64,000 nucleotides of DNA, filler included, from Candidatus Babelota bacterium (GCA_017999075.1; 7 parts of 7 records of this genome joined end to end with filler, not necessarily neighbours in it); one strand, 5' to 3'; positions 32,463 to 42,296 are shown, numbered from the whole stretch's first letter. Notes: generated by a model not told the origin, from the sequence alone. Numbers and translations: made by a program.

Positions 32463-33251
32463 TTATTTTTTGTTTCTTCTTTTAAATTCATTTTCATATT
32501 TTGTCATTATTTCCTCAATAATAATTTTATCAACATTGTTTTCTATAAGAATATCTCGTAATTTTTGTTTATGCTTATAATTTTTAGAATATAGCATAAT
32601 GATATCTTCTATTACATTTTTCTTGCACCTCAATAACTCGTTCTGAATATCAATTCTTTTCCGTTCCTTTCTATTGGCTTCATTTTCCGCTGTAATTTTT
32701 AAATATTCATTATATAGTTGTGGGAATTCTGGTTGTATTATTCGCCAATTAATCCTTTTTACAACCGGTACTGTGTCAACTGATTCATTTATGGTTAAAT
32801 GGGGAATAATTTCTTTTAATCCTTTTATCAAATACATTGATTGTTCTTTGTTTATTCCTTCTATTCCTGATTTTTTTTCCCTCGAAAAACCAGCTAAGTT
32901 ATTATAAACAAAAAATCTTGTCGCAGGATTATTTGAATCAATTAATACTTTATTATAATATTCTAAAAGTTTTTCTCTATTTGTATATCCCCGGAGTTTT
33001 CTAATAACACCAACATATATTTTATCTTTGTCTTCCTGTGAATTACTTTTTTCAATAAACTGTAAACAAACTCTTTCTAATTCAGAGCTAAAAGGAATTG
33101 TATCATTATGTAAATCTTTTAAAATTTTTACTTTCAATTTTTCTTCATATTCATTTACTTTTATCTCAGCGGCATTTATATTAAAATGAATTAAAATAAA
33201 TAAATTTAATGAAATAAAAAAAATTATTAATATATTTTTTCTATTACGCAT
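32463..33251 (-). CDS. Secreted alpha-helical partner/immunity-like protein (family A, divergent)
   Basis: AAGGAGG RBS, signal peptide ..NINA-A; directly follows the orphan cassette. Confidence 0.7.
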   Translation of the reverse strand: MRNRKNILIIFFISLNLFILIHFNINAAEIKVNEYEEKLKVKILKDLHNDTIPFSSELERVCLQFIEKSNSQEDKDKIYVGVIRKLRGYTNREKLLEYYNKVLIDSNNPATRFFVYNNLAGFSREKKSGIEGINKEQSMYLIKGLKEIIPHLTINESVDTVPVVKRINWRIIQPEFPQLYNEYLKITAENEANRKERKRIDIQNELLRCKKNVIEDIIMLYSKNYKHKQKLRDILIENNVDKIIIEEIMTKYENEFKRRNKK

Positions 33252-33333
33252 TTTGAGAATTCCTCCTTATATTTTTTTATTTTTACGACTATTTATAAAA
33301 ATTTATTAAATTCATATTCGCTTTTTCTACTTA

Positions 33334-34707
33334 TCATTGATATGGTCCTTGTAAGCCTCCCTCATCATTATTTGCTCCATATACTTTTACCTTAGCTTCT
33401 AAATTGCTATAATATAAATCAAAATATGAACAATTAAAAAACGGAACCCAGTCGCCGTCGTCTGTTTCAAATTCATCTGGAAATGAATTTCCGAAACTAA
33501 AATCTACATAAGAAGCTCCGCTTAATAATTTTGAAGATGAATAATATCCAGTGCTTACCATATCGGTTCCAAGATTGTCAAAACCTACATCCCAATCTAC
33601 TATTCTTCCGCCAATATAAGTTTGAGTATTATTAGGCCAACTTACATATATACTTGGTATATTCTCATGAAATTTTACATTTTTAAAAGATACCGTTGTA
33701 GGAGTAACTGTAATCTCAAATTCTGTTTTAGCGCCTATATAATTATTGGGAGGTCCGTCTATCCCCAGCGGATAATCAAACATTTTTGAAAAATATATTT
33801 CTTGCGGTAATTCTATAGTATATACTTTTGTTTTTGTTTTTAAACCAATTTCAGCTCTTACAGTTGCGCTGGATGCAGAAAGGCTTTTATTTGCTGTTAA
33901 TTCAACATTTTTTTTTATTTCTCCTTGTCCAGCATTTAATTTTCCGTCACCGCTACAATACCATTTAACTTCAAATTCAGGCGTAATTTTAAGATTTATT
34001 ATTTCACCTATACCAATAACTGTCCTGCTTCTATCTGTTGGAACTGGTGAAACAGCTTCGCTGACAATTTCCCAATTTTCTTCATTGGCATTTCCTTTCA
34101 CATCTGCTCCGCGATAAGGTGAATCAACATCTTCATATGGAGGTTCATCCTTAATATCAATATAACTTGATGCGGTAACTAAAGTGACAAATTCAACTGA
34201 TAAAGTATTATCTAAACTTCCTGAAATCACTTCATAATCGCTGTTAATTGATACTGAAAACTCTTCTTCAACCGTTGTAATGTCATATAAATTAAAACGG
34301 GCTAATGCGGCTCCACCACGAATATTCCTGAACGATAAAGTCGCAGAACCTCCGTCTCCAAGAGAACCAATATCTGGAATATTAATTAAACCTGGCGATT
34401 TTTTCATTAATGCTTTTCTTACCTGAGCAAGCATTGATCCGCCTTCCTCATCCCCGCCTCCGCCAGGTCCGTATTCGATTTCTGAAATATACATTATAAA
34501 CGGCGGTCCGTCAGCAGGAGAATCAACAGCTGTCGGGTCAGTATTATTTTCAGCTTCAATCCAGTTCACATATCCGTCGATATCAATATCCTCAAATCCG
34601 TCAGGTGTGCCGTTATTATTGCTGTCTATTATAAGCGGATTATAATTGTATTGAACCTCGTATCCATCATAAACGCTGTCCCCTCTTATATACAAATTAA
34701 TCAACAA
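33334..34707 (-). CDS. Headless (orphan) cassette: last TSP3-like repeats, linker and an alternative C-terminal domain
   Basis: Begins with the 265-bp copy of 36335-36599; no signal peptide, only TTG starts; diverges after PYRGADVK. Confidence 0.75.
   Translation of the reverse strand: MLINLYIRGDSVYDGYEVQYNYNPLIIDSNNNGTPDGFEDIDIDGYVNWIEAENNTDPTAVDSPADGPPFIMYISEIEYGPGGGGDEEGGSMLAQVRKALMKKSPGLINIPDIGSLGDGGSATLSFRNIRGGAALARFNLYDITTVEEEFSVSINSDYEVISGSLDNTLSVEFVTLVTASSYIDIKDEPPYEDVDSPYRGADVKGNANEENWEIVSEAVSPVPTDRSRTVIGIGEIINLKITPEFEVKWYCSGDGKLNAGQGEIKKNVELTANKSLSASSATVRAEIGLKTKTKVYTIELPQEIYFSKMFDYPLGIDGPPNNYIGAKTEFEITVTPTTVSFKNVKFHENIPSIYVSWPNNTQTYIGGRIVDWDVGFDNLGTDMVSTGYYSSSKLLSGASYVDFSFGNSFPDEFETDDGDWVPFFNCSYFDLYYSNLEAKVKVYGANNDEGGLQGPYQ
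34419..34683. repeat. 265-bp direct repeat, copy in orphan cassette
   Basis: About 11 mismatches vs 36335-36599 by manual count. Confidence 0.95.
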
Positions 34708-35197
34708 TTTTTAATTTTAACGTTTTTCTTATTGGAAACCATATTTTTTCATTAACAATTCCATTTGATATTTCAGGATGTTTGATTAAAAGTAAATCTA
34801 ATTGGCATTGAATTTCATACTCTCCTGATTTTTTAAATTTTAAATATTTATTTAATAGTATGTTTTCAGAATGAGTTTTATTTGGCTTTAGATATCTTAT
34901 CCTTCCCATACTAGTTATAATATGATATGGATTTAAAATCTCAACATTGTTATCCTCGTTTATTGAAAATTGCCAACTGAATTCTTTAATATCACTTATA
35001 AAAAAAACATAAGTATCCTTAGCGTCATTTATTGAAATATCAAATTCTATATTTATAGGTTCGTTCAATACATATTCTTGTTTATCAAATGATAAACTAT
35101 ATTGTATTTTATTATTAATATTAGTGTCTGAAGCATATAAAAAAGTTGAGATAAAAAATAATATAATTTGAATTGATAAAATATTTTTTTTATTCAT
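34697..35197 (-). CDS. Secreted Ig-like partner/immunity-like protein, cognate to the full-length gene
   Basis: GGAGG RBS, signal peptide ..FLYA-S, LSFDKQEYVLNEPI. Confidence 0.7.
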   Translation of the reverse strand: MNKKNILSIQIILFFISTFLYASDTNINNKIQYSLSFDKQEYVLNEPINIEFDISINDAKDTYVFFISDIKEFSWQFSINEDNNVEILNPYHIITSMGRIRYLKPNKTHSENILLNKYLKFKKSGEYEIQCQLDLLLIKHPEISNGIVNEKIWFPIRKTLKLKIVD

Positions 35198-35216
35198 TTT
35201 TGTAACCTCCGAATCT

Positions 35217-38018
35217 TTAAATATCCATAATAGATGAAATCGCAGGATCATTCCCTCCTTCTTTTATTGAGCGAAATTTCCAATTACCCAATGAATAATA
35301 AATAGAGTATGTAATTGTATAGTTTTGAAAAGTTTGCCAGTTTTCAGTTTGATATAACACTTTATCCCAAAAATCATATGTTTGACTGATACTAAAACTG
35401 CCTTCTATTATTGTTAAACTGTCAGAAATTGTATTTGGATTAACATAATGAATATCGTCAAAATATCCATCTGACCCGATAATATATGCATTTGGATTTT
35501 CCGGCAGCCGTTCCGATGTTAAACTTTTATGAAGTAATCCAGGAAATGGAGGGTTGCAAATTTGTGAATATGTAAGATATTCGCTTACAACCACATTTCC
35601 TAAATCCAATGGATTTCCGCTTTCGCTTACAAATGTTTGATTTGCAACAAATCCAAATCGTAAATCTGATAATTTTTCTTTATTTGACATAATTGGCCAC
35701 GTGCTCACTGTAAAAAATTCTTCTTTTAAAATTATATTTTCAAATTTAGCAGCTATTTTTATATTATCTTTTATACTGCTGTTTTGAATTCCTTTTACCG
35801 AAAAAGTCGTTGTTGATGTGATACTTTTTGATGTGGTATTGTCGGTATATGCGGCAGATCCATTTCCGGTTGTTGTTACTAATTCAACATCTATAGAAGC
35901 ACCATACAGAGAAGCCGATAATAAAATTATTACATCCTGTGAATTTGGAGCCGAGCTATTATACATTGGCAATCGAGCCAAATCGCTTATTAAAACATCT
36001 ATTTTTGAAGCGTTGGTAGTTTTTAAATCCGTTCCTCTATATGGCGCATTAACTTTCGGTTTGGTTTTATTGTCTTTAAATTTCATTTTGAGGAATGATG
36101 TTGCAACTGTAAGAAATTCTATTGATAATGAATTTCCCAATGAACCTGATATTATATGATAAGGTTCATTTATGTCTGTTGAAAAAGATTCTTCGACTGT
36201 TGTAATATCATACGCTCTCATCTTAAATAAGATTGCCTGATTTTTGTTATTTCTAACAGATAATGTTACTCTGCCCCCATAACCCAATGAACCTATATTT
36301 AAACCGCTTGCAGGCGCTCTGCTTAATAATCGTTTTACCTGAGCAAGCATTGATCCGCCTTCCTCATCCCCACCTCCGCCAGGTCCGTATTCGATTTCTG
36401 AAATATACATTATAAACGGCGGTCCATCAGCCGGAGTATCAGCAGCTGTCGGGTCAGTATTATTTTCAGCTTCAATCCAGTTCACATATCCGTCGATATC
36501 AATATCCTCAAACCCATCTTGTATTCCGTTATTATTGCTGTCTATTATAAGCGGATTATAATTGTATTGAACCTCGTATCCATCATAAACGCTGTCCCCG
36601 TCAGTATCATAAAGTACAGGATTTGTTATGTATCCGTTTGTTCCGTATATCTCAGTATAATCAGGTATTCCGTCTTTATCGCTGTCGCTGTCATCGGGTT
36701 TTGTAAAAAATACCGCTATTTCATTATAATCGTTTATGCTGTCGCCGTCAGTGTCAAAACAATATGAATCAGTTGCTGCAGACTGTTCGTAACTGTCGCT
36801 CAATCCGTCGTTGTCCGAATCAACTTCAACAGGAAAATCTCCGTATTTAAAATATTCCCAGTAAGTTCTGGGAAACGCTCCGTCTCCTATTCGCATCTTT
36901 AAAAATTCGTCGTCTCCGATTGTATCGTAAATCGCAAACGGATTATTTCCGAGACGCAGCCTGAAACTCCATTGCTGAGTAAATGTGTCTTCAAGATTAT
37001 CAGGAATATCATTTCTCTGGTTTATAGTTATTTCTCCGTGAAATTTTGCTTGAGTATCTGACAGCCATTCTATCAATCCGTAATAATTATTAAAATTCGT
37101 ATCCTGATAATTTGATTCCCAAACCATTGTATCATCTGTGTTTTCCCACTCCAGATCAATATTTAAAAAAACTGTATCGTAAAAATTTAAAACAAACGAC
37201 GAAGAAGATAGAGCGTTCAACCGCGTAATATTTTTTTCAATATTAAGTTGAGCGTCTATATAATATTTAAAATTAGTATGTCTATGGCTTTTTGGCCAGC
37301 TTATCGATGCAGAATAAATATTCTCTGCGCCCTGTATTTTGCGCCTTCTGCATTTGGTCAATATATCGTTAAGAGTTGTCTCTCCTATTTCTGGAACAGA
37401 ATCAAGTCTGTTGATCGTTTCAAAATAAGTATCGTCAGCAGTATTAATATCGGAATCCGGACCGCATCTGAAATCGTAAATATTTTCTACAACATCAACA
37501 TCTAAATTCAATACTTTTTCAAGTTTCCAGTATCTCAATGTTTTATCGTCAAGATATTTTAAAGCGTAATGATAATCTGTCGGCGCTGTTGTATCAGATG
37601 AAACCCAATTGTTTATTGCGTATGCGTCAAGCGCGTCTATCGTTGCCTGACCTACATACGGTATATCATCGAGTTCCTGAATGCTTTCAAAATTATCATC
37701 GTCTATTGTTCCGTATATTCCGTCATTCCCTTTTTTGTAATTGAATATATTCTGTGATTGAGTCAATGTCAGATTAACTGAATATTTTAAAACGTCTTCG
37801 GTTGTTGACCAGTGATTTACAAATTTTAGAAGTAATTCCGGATTCTGAGGGGCAAGAAATATTTTTGAATCGCGGTTGTCTGAACTTGTATCCGAACTTT
37901 TTCCGCAGCATACAAAAACAAAAGGAATCATCACCATTAAGATAAGTATTTNNNNNNNNNNNNNNNNNNNNNNNNNNNNNNNNNNNNNNNNNNNNNNNNN
38001 NNNNCTGTTTTTATACAT
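35217..38018 (-). CDS. Putative lipoprotein: 2x HhH-like, bacterial TSP3-like Ca-binding repeats, linker, variable C-terminal domain
   Basis: GGAGG RBS; FVFVC-CGKSS; ELDDIPYVG and RLDSVPEIG; DSDNDG/DTDGDS/DSDKDG repeats; N gap within the signal region. Confidence 0.75.
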   Translation of the reverse strand: MYKNXXXXXXXXXXXXXXXXXXXILILMVMIPFVFVCCGKSSDTSSDNRDSKIFLAPQNPELLLKFVNHWSTTEDVLKYSVNLTLTQSQNIFNYKKGNDGIYGTIDDDNFESIQELDDIPYVGQATIDALDAYAINNWVSSDTTAPTDYHYALKYLDDKTLRYWKLEKVLNLDVDVVENIYDFRCGPDSDINTADDTYFETINRLDSVPEIGETTLNDILTKCRRRKIQGAENIYSASISWPKSHRHTNFKYYIDAQLNIEKNITRLNALSSSSFVLNFYDTVFLNIDLEWENTDDTMVWESNYQDTNFNNYYGLIEWLSDTQAKFHGEITINQRNDIPDNLEDTFTQQWSFRLRLGNNPFAIYDTIGDDEFLKMRIGDGAFPRTYWEYFKYGDFPVEVDSDNDGLSDSYEQSAATDSYCFDTDGDSINDYNEIAVFFTKPDDSDSDKDGIPDYTEIYGTNGYITNPVLYDTDGDSVYDGYEVQYNYNPLIIDSNNNGIQDGFEDIDIDGYVNWIEAENNTDPTAADTPADGPPFIMYISEIEYGPGGGGDEEGGSMLAQVKRLLSRAPASGLNIGSLGYGGRVTLSVRNNKNQAILFKMRAYDITTVEESFSTDINEPYHIISGSLGNSLSIEFLTVATSFLKMKFKDNKTKPKVNAPYRGTDLKTTNASKIDVLISDLARLPMYNSSAPNSQDVIILLSASLYGASIDVELVTTTGNGSAAYTDNTTSKSITSTTTFSVKGIQNSSIKDNIKIAAKFENIILKEEFFTVSTWPIMSNKEKLSDLRFGFVANQTFVSESGNPLDLGNVVVSEYLTYSQICNPPFPGLLHKSLTSERLPENPNAYIIGSDGYFDDIHYVNPNTISDSLTIIEGSFSISQTYDFWDKVLYQTENWQTFQNYTITYSIYYSLGNWKFRSIKEGGNDPAISSIMDI
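36335..36599. repeat. 265-bp direct repeat, copy in full-length gene
   Basis: Matches 34419-34683. Confidence 0.95.
37952..38004. other. Intra-scaffold assembly gap
   Basis: 53 N without the TTAA linker. Confidence 0.9.
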
Positions 38019-38150
38019 AAAATTCCTCCACTTTTGTTAATTTATAATAAAATTAAATTGCATGATAGAAAATTTATTAGCAAAACTATTTTTAATATAC
38101 GCTTATTTTTATTTTTGTCAATTATTTTTAAAACCGTTTTTTAATAATTT

Positions 38151-38180
38151 TATTCGCGCTGATTCGCGTTAATTCGCAGG
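38151..38180. repeat. 10-bp-period tandem ATTCGC repeat x3
   Basis: TATTCGCGCT GATTCGCGTT AATTCGCAGG. Confidence 0.6.
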
Positions 38181-38245
38181 TAAAATTTTATTCTGCCTGT
38201 ATTTAACCCTAATCTCATGAGATAAAATATTCTTTTTTGTTAGAA

Positions 38246-39066
38246 TTATTCCGAAGAATATTTTTTATTATAGTATTCCATAACTTTTTCAGAAACCTGT
38301 TCCGGCGTAATGGATTTTATACATTCCTTTGATTCACAATTTTTGTATTCACAGGGATTTCTGTCGTTTTCAATTCTTTTCAGCACATTGCATTTCGTGT
38401 ATCCGGACAAATACGCAGAATTTTCTCCGATCACAGCCACTTCATGATGAGTCGGACCAAAAAGACCTATAAAATCAGTATTTACCGCTTTAGCAATGTG
38501 TAATGGACCCGAATCATTTGTAACCAGCAAATCAAGTTTTGAAATAAAACTGCTAAGTTCTAAAATATTCATATCAAAATAATACGGAACTTCCTCGGAA
38601 ATTTTTAAACATTCCTGTTTTACGGATTCATTTTCAAGAGGTCCTGACAATATATAAAATTGAATATTTTTATCTTTAAGTCCGAAAATTAATCTTTTAA
38701 CATTTTCCAAATCCCAGCGACGTGATTCTATACTGGCTCCAACAAAAATTCCTATTTGAAATTTTGTTTTATTAAAAAAAAATTTATCAGCATCTGATAA
38801 ATTTTCATTTGAAAAATATAATTCAGGTTTTAAAGTCCCGCAGTTCAATTTCAACTTTTTCATTATTCCTTCAGCAAGGTTATAAATTTTATAGGATAAT
38901 TCCTCAGGTTTTACAGTTTGATTGTAAACTATTTTATTCAATAACTTTTTCTTGAAGAATCCCATTTTTTTGTTTGCAAAACTTAAAAAAGTTATAAACA
39001 TACTGTTTTTATTATTATAAAAATCAATGCACAAATCAAATTTCGTAAATAATACTGTAATATACA
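38246..39066 (-). CDS. Glycosyltransferase family 9 (heptosyltransferase-like), 5' truncated
   Basis: GASIESRRW, LLVTNDSGPLHIA, GLFGPT. Confidence 0.9.
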
Positions 39067-39166
39067 NNNNNNNNNNNNNNNNNNNNNNNNNNNNNNNNNN
39101 NNNNNNNNNNTTAATTAATTAANNNNNNNNNNNNNNNNNNNNNNNNNNNNNNNNNNNNNNNNNNNN
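39067..39166. other. Artificial contig linker
   Basis: N-run, TTAATTAATTAA, N-run. Confidence 0.98.
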
Positions 39167-39889
39167 GTCTTTTTCGATTTTTAAAAAATTATAATTGGAG
39201 AATGTTGCCGATTCTTTTGATTTATCGGTCTTTTTTAATATATTATTACGTATTATTTTTTTTTTCATATCAAGATACTGGAAAAAATAGGATTCATTGG
39301 TGATTTTGAAAAAATGTCTGTTTGATTTATAAAATGGTTCTCCGAACCTTACTGTAACATTGGTATCAAAATGAGATTCACCAAAGTCATTTCCTATGAA
39401 AAAGGCAAGAAATACAATATCAGGATTATATTTTAATCCTGTAGATAAAAGTAAATTGTATAGATAACCTGGACCAATCGAAGGATACCCCATATTAATT
39501 ATTTCATAAGTTTTAGTATCCTGATTCAGTATTTTTTCTGTAAGAGTCCAATAATTCCCCTCATAACCGCCTGCCCAGTTAAATGAATCTCCAAGTCCGA
39601 TTATCCGTTTTAAAATGCCGGATTTTTCCAATGTCCTGTTTATGTCATTGAATCCTAAATTATTTGTGTGGTTAAAATAAGGCCTGACTTTAAAACCGAG
39701 TTGTTTATCAGAAATCCATAGTGAATTGTTTGACAAAAAAGGTTCTGCTAATCTGAATACAATTTCTAATAAAGTTAGTAAAAATACTAATATTGTTAAT
39801 AACCCGAAAAATTTTTTTAATCGTTTTGTCTTGTAAAAACTTGATATGGTTATAATTAGTAAAATTATTGCTAAAATAAAAAATTTCAT
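39167..39889 (-). CDS. Membrane-anchored SGNH/GDSL-family protein, 3' truncated
   Basis: GLGDSF, IINMG, FFIGND. Confidence 0.8.
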
Positions 39890-40080
39890 TGTATTTTTTT
39901 AGTGAAATCTTATAAATGAATTTAATTATGTTATTATTATAATATAGGATAGTATAAGATAATTTAAATTTTTTCAAGAAATTTTATAGAATTTGTTTTC
40001 TTTTATTTAATTTTGCATTTTTTTTTAAGTTTATGTTTATGGAATTTTTTTAAAATATAGCAAGCTGGAGTTTGGTTAAA

Positions 40081-40127
40081 AAAAATGACTTTTGACGATA
40101 CGGCACTTTGTGTCGGCACTTTGTGTC
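40081..40127. repeat. Dispersed 29-bp motif followed by tandem GGCACTTT units (copy 2)
   Basis: AAAAATGACTTTTGACGATACGGCACTTT; CGGCACTTTGTGT x2. Confidence 0.8.
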
Positions 40128-40348
40128 TGTCCATATTTGCTTTGCGAATCAAACGTTCATCGTATTTTTATATTTTATGTATCATATCAGAATCTGCATA
40201 TATTACTGCCATAACTGGAAAAATTAAAACAGATGATGTTGTTTTTACCTCAAATTTTTGTTGACAAAATAAGTATTTAAAAGTATGTATGATTTATGAA
40301 AAATGATATGCTGTTTTATCCGATTTATTAGATTTAGGAGATAATTTT

Positions 40349-40816
40349 ATGCGTATAGGATTAGGAATAGATGTTCATTCATTTGTAAAAGGCAGAGATT
40401 TAATACTTGGCGGTGAAAAGATTGAACATCATTCAGGTCTTGCAGGACATTCTGATGCTGATGTTTTAGTTCATTCAATAATGGATGGATTGCTTGGAGC
40501 AGCGGCAGCAGGAGATATAGGAAAACATTTTCCTGATACTGATAACTCATATAAAAATATATCAAGTTTGATACTTCTTGACAGAGTCAATCTAATAATA
40601 TTGTCAAAAAAATATTCTATAGTAAATATTGATTCTGTTATAATAGCGCAAAAACCTAAAATTGCTCCGTATATAGAAAAAATGCAAAAAAATATTTCAG
40701 GAGTTCTAAAAATAAACGCGGATTGTGTAAGTATAAAAGCGACTACGTCAGAGTGGCTTGGATTTACAGGAAGAGAAGAAGGCATTATCTGTTATACATC
40801 AGTACTTCTTTCTTAA
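40349..40816 (+). CDS. ispF: 2-C-methyl-D-erythritol 2,4-cyclodiphosphate synthase
   Basis: MRIGLGIDVH, GHSDADV, DIGKHFPD, KATTSE.LGFTGR.EG. Confidence 0.96.
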   Translation: MRIGLGIDVHSFVKGRDLILGGEKIEHHSGLAGHSDADVLVHSIMDGLLGAAAAGDIGKHFPDTDNSYKNISSLILLDRVNLIILSKKYSIVNIDSVIIAQKPKIAPYIEKMQKNISGVLKINADCVSIKATTSEWLGFTGREEGIICYTSVLLS

Positions 40817-40932
40817 ATAAGGTTAATTAAGAATGTATTTTTTTTAATGTGAGTTTTTTTATAATTAATATGATTTGATTTTTGAGTTTTATCATTGAAA
40901 ATCAAAAAAATATTTTAGGTTAGAAAAATTAT

Positions 40933-42285
40933 ATGGCTAAAAAAAATAAATTAAAATATTTATGCAACGGCTGCGGTTATGAAACCAGTAAATGGTTGGG
41001 GAAATGTCCTTCCTGCGGAATATTCAATTCTTTAGTTGAAATCGAAGATGAAACAGGTTCATTGAAAAATATAAATTTTTCTGAAACATCTGTTCCTGTA
41101 AGATTGACAGAAATAAATTCAATGAGCGTAGAACGTGTGAAAACAGGCGTTTCAGAATTTGATGCGTTAACAGGCGGAGGATTAGTGAACTCATCATTAA
41201 TTTTGATAGGTGGAAGTCCGGGAATAGGGAAATCCACTTTAATGCTTCAAATATTGGAAAAATTGTCGGGGAAAAGTTTGTATATAGCCGGAGAAGAATC
41301 TCCTGAACAAATAAAACTCCGCGCAGATCGTGTAAAAATCAATAATTCAAATATTGTTCTTGTTCAGGAAATAGAGATTAATAAAATTCTTGAAATATGC
41401 AAACAGCATAAACCTGATTATCTGATAATAGATTCTATACAGACAGTATATAATTCAGCAATTAATTCTGCGCCCGGCAGTATAATACAGGTGCGCGAAT
41501 CAACTCTGAAAATAATGGAATATTCAAAAAAAAATAATATAATATCTTTTATAATCGGGCATATAACCAAAACAGGAGATTTCGCAGGACCAAGAGTTCT
41601 TGAACATATGGTGGATACAGTACTATATTTTGAAGGAGACAAATCAACTGATTTCAGAATTTTGCGGAGTGTGAAAAACAGATTTGGTTCTACGAATGAA
41701 ATAGCGGTATTTGAAATGACGGAGAATGGATTATCAGGAATATCCAATTATGCAAATTTATTTTTTTTCAACAGAAAAGAAAAGGTTCCAGGGGTTGCGA
41801 ACAGCGTGATAATAGAAGGAAGCAGACCTATACTTATAGAAATACAGGCATTGGTAACTTCTGCGATATATGGTAATTCCAGAAGAATAACACGGGGATT
41901 TAACAGCAGCAGATTATCTGTTATAATAGCTATAATTGAAAAACATTGCGGAATGTCACTTATTGATAAAGATGTTTTTGTAAATATTACAGGAGGACTT
42001 GAAGTAGAAGAACCTGCGGTAGATTTATCAGTAGCAGTTGCGATTATATCATCGGTTAAAAATAGACCTCTTGATTTTAAAAGCGCTTTTATAGGAGAAT
42101 TAGGGCTTACAGGTGAAGTCAGGTCAGTGTCGCGTGTATCAGAGAGGTTTAAAGAATGTAAAAAAAACGGGATTTATAACTGCATTTTATCAGAAGAAAA
42201 TTGTACTGAAAATAATAACAGTTCTGAAGAAAATGTTAAAACATTCCCCATATCAAATATTAAAGAAATTTTAAAATATTTTTAA
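40933..42285 (+). CDS. radA: DNA repair protein RadA/Sms
   Basis: C4 zinc finger, GSPGIGKST, KNRFG, Lon-like C-terminus. Confidence 0.96.
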   Translation: MAKKNKLKYLCNGCGYETSKWLGKCPSCGIFNSLVEIEDETGSLKNINFSETSVPVRLTEINSMSVERVKTGVSEFDALTGGGLVNSSLILIGGSPGIGKSTLMLQILEKLSGKSLYIAGEESPEQIKLRADRVKINNSNIVLVQEIEINKILEICKQHKPDYLIIDSIQTVYNSAINSAPGSIIQVRESTLKIMEYSKKNNIISFIIGHITKTGDFAGPRVLEHMVDTVLYFEGDKSTDFRILRSVKNRFGSTNEIAVFEMTENGLSGISNYANLFFFNRKEKVPGVANSVIIEGSRPILIEIQALVTSAIYGNSRRITRGFNSSRLSVIIAIIEKHCGMSLIDKDVFVNITGGLEVEEPAVDLSVAVAIISSVKNRPLDFKSAFIGELGLTGEVRSVSRVSERFKECKKNGIYNCILSEENCTENNNSSEENVKTFPISNIKEILKYF

Positions 42286-42296
42286 TTTAATAAGAA

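Noticed and set aside
34419-36599. 265-bp repeat pair as DGR template/variable repeat
   Set aside because: Mismatches are not adenine-specific on either strand, the repeat is not at a gene 3' end, and no reverse transcriptase is present.
29534-40127. GGCACTTT repeats as a CRISPR array
   Set aside because: Units are 11-13 bp with no unique spacers and no cas genes.
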